A stretch of 63,827 nucleotides of DNA, filler included, from Lenisia limosa (taxonomy: Eukaryota; Protista; Breviatea), in the NCBI GenBank assembly GCA_001655205.1. It is 12 parts of 12 records of this genome, joined end to end, with 100 filler letters (N's around TTAATTAATTAA, not from the genome) between each part and the next. Parts side by side here need not be neighbours in the genome. Positions count along the whole stretch, not along the records: positions 57,940 to 61,855 come from LPNZ01006928.1; positions 61,956 to 63,827 come from LPNZ01002687.1; 10 more parts are not named here. One strand, written 5' to 3'. The notes beneath the pieces are model-generated. The model was not told the origin of the DNA, searched no databases, and was given only the letters and a program-made list of their open reading frames with translations. Position 1 is the stretch's first letter, and each line of letters starts with the position of its first letter. A program made the translations under genes and the position numbers. This document shows positions 61,561 to 63,827 of this stretch, piece by piece.

Positions 61561-63014
61561 AAAGATGAGTCAGATTGATGTTTTGGAAGTTTGGGGGAAG
61601 TTGATGTTTAAGCGGAAAAGGAAACATCAATATTTTCCCGAAACCAACGGACTTGTCAGGAGCGATCTAGTCTTTATTCAGGGTCTTCCTCGATGTATAC
61701 CCCATCACTTTTTAGACAATTTCGCCGATTCAACAGTTTGTCAACTCTTCTCTGTTCAGCTATATGGTAGGTCAAAGAGTTACACTTGATCATATCATAT
61801 CGATATGTATGAATGCTGGGTATATTAATATGATTCTATAATCCAATATCTCTTANNNNNNNNNNNNNNNNNNNNNNNNNNNNNNNNNNNNNNNNNNNNT
61901 TAATTAATTAANNNNNNNNNNNNNNNNNNNNNNNNNNNNNNNNNNNNNNNNNNNNGGGGGGGGGGGGAGGGCAAAGAAGAAAACAAATATGTGTACAGTA
62001 CAGGGATAAGTGTTGACCTATTTTCCTTGGGAAATCATATAGCAATGTAGCAAATCGCCCAAGACTTATAAAAGTCAGTGTATGCAACATGTGGAATGCG
62101 AGAACCCCCCCCTCCCCCACCTCCTCCGAGGCCAGGCCGCCAACAAGACGATTGGCAATGGCAAGAGTTGACTCTGTGCGCTCTGCCTGAGTCTTACAAT
62201 CGTTTTTGTCGTTCATTGCTGCTTCGAACTTAGCAGTGACTTCGGCCAATTTGGCGTCAAGGGCAGCCACGCGATCCTTGACCGTTTGGGCGCGGGCCTT
62301 GGCGTCGTTGAGCTGGCGTGTGGCTTCTTCTAGGGCCTGGGGGGGGGGGTAAAATTGGAAATTTATGAAGAAAAAAAAAGCGCCCAAATCAACTCTGTTA
62401 CTTGACCAAAGATGGTAAATTGGAAATACAGCACACTAGAAAACACAGCTTCAAGAGGGTTCGAAGGGGGGTATTGCAGGAGTAAAATTAGATGATTTTT
62501 GAAGCAGAATAGCTGAAATCAACTCTGGCAAACTGCCAAAACGTATACCTCTCTCTTGGGCTGGACGGTGCAGTAGATGCGGTAGTAGCTGATGATGTTC
62601 ACCACCCACTCGCAGATTCCTGGTGTAGCGGTAAAATGAAGGAAGATTCGATGAACAATATTCGTAAAGGTAGAGAAATTGGAAATTTATGAGAAAAAAA
62701 TAAAAATAAAATAACCCAAAACCAAATAAAAGAAAGTGTATCGTATTCTACCCCCACCCCCCTCCCACCGGCCGCTGCTGCGCTCTTGGACTTAATGTAG
62801 TTGCCGTTGAAGTTCGGATCAGCTAAGATAGGCTCCAGAGCGTCAAGCTGGGGTGTCATGTTATGTTCACGCTGGATATAGACGGGGAGGGGGGGTGTAA
62901 TTCATTGGGTAAGGGTGGGGCTTCATTTCGGTTAGAAAAAAAAGACTGAATTTCTCGATAAATCCTCGAATACTATCGATATTTTACCGTATTTTTTGAA
63001 CCGACGTCAAGCCT
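60436..63014. mobile_element. Three further MITE A copies (~60436-60529, 61208-61299, 62918-63014)
   Basis: Each has the A-type TIRs and the internal ATTTCTCGATAAATCCTCGA core. The span given is an envelope, not one element. Confidence 0.75.
60838..60938. repeat. ~23-bp tandem repeat x~4 in intron
   Basis: Unit is ttgttaacttttgttttggatta, with variants. Confidence 0.75.
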
Positions 63015-63452
63015 GAGGTATTGGATTCTCAATACCACCAGAAGTGGAGTGATTTTGGATATAGGAGTGGTCTCCCTTACCTGGGCCTGGGCCACGTTGT
63101 CCTTGTCGAACTCGACCAGAGAGGTGAGGAAACCGTCAACCTTTGACATCATTCTCTTCGCTGCTCCCCATGACTTGTCCTAGAGGGTTAAGGAGGAATG
63201 GGGCTACTTTGTGTACACAACATTTAGTATTAATTAACTCGAATAACACCCCCCACCCCAATAAACCAGAAAATACCCTCTATTTGTACATGTAGTATAT
63301 GATATAGTATATCATATGCATTCTTTTTGCACCTTTCTCTCTAATCGTTACTAGTAAATTAACTCGAAAAAAGACTTCCATCCCACCAGACTACGGGCCT
63401 TAGCAGGGGGGTTGAGAAGGATTGCTACTCCAGCCATGACGTTCACAACCTG
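62075..63452 (-). CDS. Axonemal dynein heavy chain, outer-arm beta type (DNAH9/11/17-like), stalk/MTBD fragment
   Basis: Reads VVNVMAGVAILL..|DKSWGAAKRMMSKVDGFLTSLVEFDKDN..|..IKSKSAAAAG|ICEWVVNIISYYRIYCTVQPKRE|ALEEATRQL...LAIANRLVGGLASE. DxSWxAAKxMMxKVDxFL is typical of the outer-arm beta family. Confidence 0.92.
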
Positions 63453-63827
63453 AAAGGATTAAAAAAAAAACAAATAAATATGAGAATCAAAAACAAAATA
63501 TATGCTGGGGCGCAGAAATCATGTCCGAAATGCCGAATTCATATCCGAAATTAAATTTCCCAGGTGGACCCCTCCAAACAGCTTTAAACATGATAACAGT
63601 TCACTTTTAGGTCCTACCTGAAGTTATTTTTTTGTTTTGTGTGTTTCTCCGAGCGTTTTGTTTTGAAAGAAAAATCATCGATTTTGGCCGATAAGTGATT
63701 ATTGAAAACTGAGTGAGTGATCGATTTTGGGCAAAGTTTCATCAAGGAGGTGTTTAATTAACACATAAAAGTGTTTTGGGTCGAGAGAAGATCACTTCAA
63801 GCAAGAAAGAGCCCCAAAGAGAAAGTT

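Overview
Eukaryotic, intron-rich genomic DNA from a flagellated protist, as indicated by an outer-arm-type dynein heavy chain, a DRC9/IQCG-like gene, a 4-domain-type voltage-gated channel and an alternative oxidase with a mitochondrial-type presequence. The window is not one locus. It is 12 scaffold pieces joined by an artificial 100-nt spacer (44 N + TTAATTAATTAA + 44 N), with many internal N gaps. About 20 multi-exon genes with GT-AG introns and the standard code were reconstructed by hand, including Rab21, MBF1, PRP38, Vps18, DRC9, cathepsin B with an N-terminal extension, RNPS1-like, RIO2, AOX, APC2, agmatinase, eIF3g, a tandem-PH protein, a Cav/Nav channel and dynein. I found no rRNA, tRNA, CRISPR or transposase. 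The most unusual signal is in the introns. A dispersed ~140-nt repeat ends in AATTTTA(C)n next to the 3' AG of introns in many unrelated genes. Its reverse-complement end motif, (G)nTAAA, follows the 5' GT of other introns, and one 98-nt intron is essentially a single copy. This suggests an introner-like family or a G/C clamp that defines introns. There are also more than 20 copies of a ~97-bp MITE with two co-varying TIR subfamilies, plus several other small repeat families. Gene coordinates are spans, not exon lists, and were derived by eye.
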